From the IMG/VR virus record IMGVR_UViG_3300045988_140506: DNA of 34,851 nt; one strand, 5' to 3'. The translations under genes were made by a program, and so were the position numbers. Below the pieces are notes generated by a model. It worked only from the letters and a program-made list of their open reading frames with translations. It made no database searches and was not told the DNA's origin. Positions 31,953-34,851 of the stretch are shown here, piece after piece; positions within the stretch are counted from its first letter, which is position 1, and each line of letters begins with the position of its first letter. The DNA is from a virus.

Positions 31953-32996
31953 TTAATTAGCGGACATTTTTTCCGCTTCGATATCGATTGTAGATGAAAC
32001 AAGTTTCCCGACGAACGCGCCAGGCTTTACGGGTAGACCGCTCCCGAACGTGTCGTCAAAAGTCCGTTTGACAGGGTTGTTCGATTTTTCTTTCGCCCTT
32101 TCGACTTCCAAATCTTTGATGACTTCCACGTCCAAATTCGCCACGCCGTTGACCTTGTTGTTCATCTTATACCTGAATTGCGAAAAGATTTTTAACTTGC
32201 GTTTCAGAGTAATTTTCTTTCGTTCGTTCATTGCACAACCGAAACAAATTCCTGAATAGAGCGAAATTAAAATCGTCACGCATTGAAAGATAATCGGGAT
32301 AATCATTGCTCTGTTAAAGTCGTTCCACGAGTATAATAATTGCCCTGTAAAACCACCGAACGCGGCGAGTGATAAAATTTTCCATAACAGTTTTTTGAAG
32401 CCGTAACGAACCTTATGTGAGTTCAAATCTTCTTCATCTTCGTTTGGTGAAATGTCTACTGTTCCGCTAACCATTTGACTGTAATTGATACGGTGAAACG
32501 ACACATATTGTCCGCTTTCCCAAAGTTCGTCAGCCGTAACGGTCAAGGCTTTGTTTATGCGTTCAAGTCTTTCTGGCGTTCCCCACTTCTTAAACCTGCT
32601 TGCAAAGCGCAATTTCTTTTTCCACTTATAAATATAGTTCTTATATTTGTTCGCTTTGTTCAAGTTTTCAATGTAGGTTTCGAGGTCAGCGGTTTCAGAG
32701 TTTTTCATAATCGTCTGATAATGACCATTGAGCGCGTTAAGACGGTCGATTAAATCATTGTCTTTTATAAGCATAATGTTTTCCGTAACGTTCGCTATGG
32801 ATACCATAAGCACAAAGGTTGCGACCGCCATTACAGATTTTTGTATCCAAAAAACCTTTCCTGATACTTCGGTTTCAATGCCGTTGAAAATGAAAAAGTT
32901 TGTCAAAATCAACGCACCAGCGATACACATAGCAATCGCCGAGTTTATCGTTATTCGACTGCCAACAAGTGCCACTCTTTTCTTTTCGACGTTCAT
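31953..32996 (-). CDS. Four-TM membrane protein with a central ~125-aa soluble domain (347 aa)
   Basis: Hydrophobic helices lie near aa 17-40, 52-72, 207-227 and 238-260. There is an ATGA overlap with the upstream gene. No family was recognised. Confidence 0.7.
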   Translation of the reverse strand: MNVEKKRVALVGSRITINSAIAMCIAGALILTNFFIFNGIETEVSGKVFWIQKSVMAVATFVLMVSIANVTENIMLIKDNDLIDRLNALNGHYQTIMKNSETADLETYIENLNKANKYKNYIYKWKKKLRFASRFKKWGTPERLERINKALTVTADELWESGQYVSFHRINYSQMVSGTVDISPNEDEEDLNSHKVRYGFKKLLWKILSLAAFGGFTGQLLYSWNDFNRAMIIPIIFQCVTILISLYSGICFGCAMNERKKITLKRKLKIFSQFRYKMNNKVNGVANLDVEVIKDLEVERAKEKSNNPVKRTFDDTFGSGLPVKPGAFVGKLVSSTIDIEAEKMSAN

Positions 32997-33493
32997 TTGC
33001 TTTCACCCCCAACAGTTGCCGCTTCCCTTAAACTTGTCGTAATGCAATGCAAGGATACTTTCCCGAACACGCTCGCGGCAATGATTTCGATGATGAGTTC
33101 CAACTTTTCTATCGCATTCTGAAAAGCCGACAAAACCGCCAACGCCATTAAAAGATAAAACATAATCGGTATGTAGCGGATATTCGACACAATCTTTTCT
33201 TCTTTCGCCACGGTCTTTACAAGCAACTCCGACGGGTTTTCCGTAACCTTTAAGTCCGCTTTGTGCTGGTAATAACCTTTAAGATACTCGTCATATTTTT
33301 GCTTAAAAATGCCGTAGATTATCGCACATAAAATTGCAAGGCTTATGAGTGTCCAAAAAAAGCCTTTCGAGTTCGCACTCATCGTATATTGCAATGTATC
33401 TGTGTACGAATAAATCGCATACCCAGCAGTCGGCGCAATAAGCACAATGTACTCCAAAATAGCGGATAAAATACTTTTATAGTTCCGTTTCAT
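32993..33493 (-). CDS. Multi-TM membrane protein (166 aa)
   Basis: There are three to four hydrophobic helices (ILSAILEYIVLIAPTAGYAIY, FFWTLISLAILCAIIYGIF, YIPIMFYLLMALAVLSAF). AAGGGGGTATGAT lies before the ATG. Confidence 0.7.
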   Translation of the reverse strand: MKRNYKSILSAILEYIVLIAPTAGYAIYSYTDTLQYTMSANSKGFFWTLISLAILCAIIYGIFKQKYDEYLKGYYQHKADLKVTENPSELLVKTVAKEEKIVSNIRYIPIMFYLLMALAVLSAFQNAIEKLELIIEIIAASVFGKVSLHCITTSLREAATVGGESK

Positions 33494-33504
33494 ATCATAC
33501 CCCC

Positions 33505-34017
33505 TTAATACAAGGGCGTATTTTCGTTCTCCGCCACTTTTTCAATCTTGACGATAGGTTTATCGACCGAGGGCGTTTCGACCGCTACAAGCCCGTTTTC
33601 AAGGTCTTTCATACTCTCTTTGAGTTCGTCCCTTGCCGAGGTTGATATGGTCTTAAAGTCCGACACGGCACTTGCGATTGCTTTTTGCGATTTGACAAGT
33701 TGTTTGCAAGTCTTTACGAGTTCGGCGTTGATGTTCTCAACTGCTTGAAGACGGTTGCGTGTCGCTTTTTCGATTTCGGAAGTCATATCAATTTCGATAC
33801 TGCCGTTGGTCTTTTCAACAATAGCGTTAGCGATTGCTTGATAATCCGAGTTCGAGAGTTTGACGGGCTTTTTTCGTGCGACAAAAGTCGTGATAATTTT
33901 CGCAATGCCCGCAAGTCCGCCAAGAGCCGTGAACGCCGCCATAAGCCATTTACCGCCCACTGCCGCAATGTTGCGAAGTTGGTCGATTTGTTCTGCCGTA
34001 AGTGATAAACTATACAT
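33505..34017 (-). CDS. Single-TM protein with a long helical C-terminal domain (170 aa); the holin-like architecture is only a guess
   Basis: The TM helix is WLMAAFTALGGLAGIAKIITTFV, followed by ARKKP and about 120 aa of helical sequence. AAAGGAGTATTAT lies before the ATG. Confidence 0.65.
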   Translation of the reverse strand: MYSLSLTAEQIDQLRNIAAVGGKWLMAAFTALGGLAGIAKIITTFVARKKPVKLSNSDYQAIANAIVEKTNGSIEIDMTSEIEKATRNRLQAVENINAELVKTCKQLVKSQKAIASAVSDFKTISTSARDELKESMKDLENGLVAVETPSVDKPIVKIEKVAENENTPLY

Positions 34018-34083
34018 ATAATACTCCTTTGCCCGTGCCGTTGCTACCCGACGAGAGCGTTAAGATTTTTAAGCGGTAGCACG

Positions 34084-34347
34084 CTAAAATTCGCCTTGTT
34101 CGACTGCATTGAATAAGTTCGCAATGTCGTCCGTGTGTTTGTTTACGACTTCGACAAGTTGATTTACCTTGTCTTTGAGTTCGGCAAGTTCTGCAATCAA
34201 TCTTTGCGTGTCGTCTAAACTTTCAGCCTTAATTTCAAAACAGACTATGTCCAGCCCTTTGCATTGTTTTGTAGTGTTGTCAAAATGTTCGCAAGTGATA
34301 CAGTCTGCACTTGTTTTTATGCGTTTAAGATTTTTGTTGTATAACAT
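34084..34347 (-). CDS. Hypothetical 87-aa protein (Cys-rich N-terminus, coiled-coil C-terminus)
   Basis: AAAAGGGAGAACGAAA lies before ATG 34347. The motif is CITCEHFDNTTKQC. It lies immediately after the receptor-binding-type gene. Confidence 0.6.
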   Translation of the reverse strand: MLYNKNLKRIKTSADCITCEHFDNTTKQCKGLDIVCFEIKAESLDDTQRLIAELAELKDKVNQLVEVVNKHTDDIANLFNAVEQGEF

Positions 34348-34361
34348 TTTCGTTCTCCCTT

Positions 34362-34851
34362 TTAATTAGTTATTTTACGATATTTGAAAGATTGATTTTC
34401 GGTTCCAACTTCTGTAATAGTCCCGCCGCTCTTTATTTGTGACGTTGTTTGACTTATAGTCAATATTCCGCCACCGCCGCCGTCAAGTGGTTCAACTTTT
34501 ATGCGATACGTATAAATATTCAAGTTGCCGCTAACAACTGTGGCGACTGACCACGATTGACAGTTTATAGTAAACGTTTCTTTCCCATTATAATCTATGA
34601 TATAAACCGCGCCCTCGGCATAATTAGAAGCCTGCCCATACAATATTTCATATCGTCCAGCGGTTATTCCTACTGTTTGAACAGAACTGCTCCACTTGCC
34701 AGCACTTGGCACATAACTGTTTATGACCTCGAAAAGCCCCTCGTTGCTTGTCTGCTCGACTTCGTATTTGTAAGGTATTGAGGTTGTCGGCACGGTGTCA
34801 CGGATAACCGTTATAGAGCCGTTCGCCTTGTTTTGAGCCTTTACGTCGCCC
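34362..34851 (-). CDS. C-terminal part of the modular receptor-binding / tail-fibre-like protein (same gene as 1..1477)
   Basis: This is listed ORF 34362..34793, and the frame stays open up to the window end. It is in frame with 1477..1 across the 119-bp overlap. The stop is TAA at 34362-34364. Confidence 0.75.
   Translation of the reverse strand, partial: GDVKAQNKANGSITVIRDTVPTTSIPYKYEVEQTSNEGLFEVINSYVPSAGKWSSSVQTVGITAGRYEILYGQASNYAEGAVYIIDYNGKETFTINCQSWSVATVVSGNLNIYTYRIKVEPLDGGGGGILTISQTTSQIKSGGTITEVGTENQSFKYRKITN
34733..34851. repeat. Exact copy of 1..119 (end overlap)
   Basis: Same comparison as for 1..119. Confidence 0.95.

Noticed and set aside
31602-32002. Minus-strand ORFs 31602..31904 (100 aa) and 31673..32002 (109 aa)
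   Set aside because: They run straight across the duplicated promoter element, whose second copy is clearly intergenic. They are Phe-rich, like an antisense frame. The second one overlaps the end of the 347-aa gene.
674-34781. All plus-strand ORFs in the track (for example 674..973, 6381..6926, 8127..8549, 13884..14777, 16304..17083, 18375..19172, 19210..20001, 29139..29576, 32728..33042)
   Set aside because: Each lies antisense inside a longer, motif-supported or RBS-supported minus-strand gene. They lack SD sequences. Their composition (Phe/Val/Arg/Cys-rich) is typical of the reverse strand of Lys/Glu/Asn-rich genes.

Overview
The window is one complete tailed-phage genome. Bases 1-119 are identical to 34733-34851, so the unit length is 34,732 bp and the window is cut inside a tail-fibre-like gene. 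The host signature looks Firmicutes-like: an AGGAG-type RBS sits 5-10 nt before most starts, and ATGA stop/start overlaps are frequent. Every convincing protein gene except one small candidate lies on the minus strand. The plus-strand ORFs in the track are antisense shadows, and the track also converts GTG/TTG starts to M. In transcription order (high to low coordinates) the map reads as follows. (1) An 87-aa protein and three membrane proteins (34347-31953). (2) A back-to-back promoter node (31626-31691). (3) A replication module: replisome organiser, DnaC-like loader and a C5-cytosine methyltransferase cassette. (4) Small ORFans. (5) A recombination module: Rad52/Sak-like annealase and PD-(D/E)XK exonuclease. 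(6) HTH, zinc-ribbon and Cys-rich small proteins, a GIY-YIG nuclease, SSB and a phage sigma factor. (7) A GC-rich three-gene island bracketed by terminators. (8) An 820-bp non-coding hub (20002-20822) carrying palindromic iterons, alternating purine-pyrimidine tracts and a polypyrimidine tract. (9) terS, terL, portal, scaffold, major capsid and six mid-sized virion proteins. (10) Two giant tail proteins (1200 aa and about 1541 aa) and a modular receptor-binding-type protein that crosses the circular junction. I see no integrase, CI-like repressor, tRNA, CRISPR array, reverse transcriptase, DNA polymerase, normal-length tape measure or recognisable peptidoglycan hydrolase. The best candidates for something undescribed are the ordered non-coding hub upstream of terS, the end-of-late-operon membrane-protein cluster with no lysin, the GC-rich ORFan island, and the regulatory node around 31480-31950. 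That node combines a duplicated promoter, a leader terminator and the only opposite-strand unit. All product names rest on motifs read by eye. No database search was possible.
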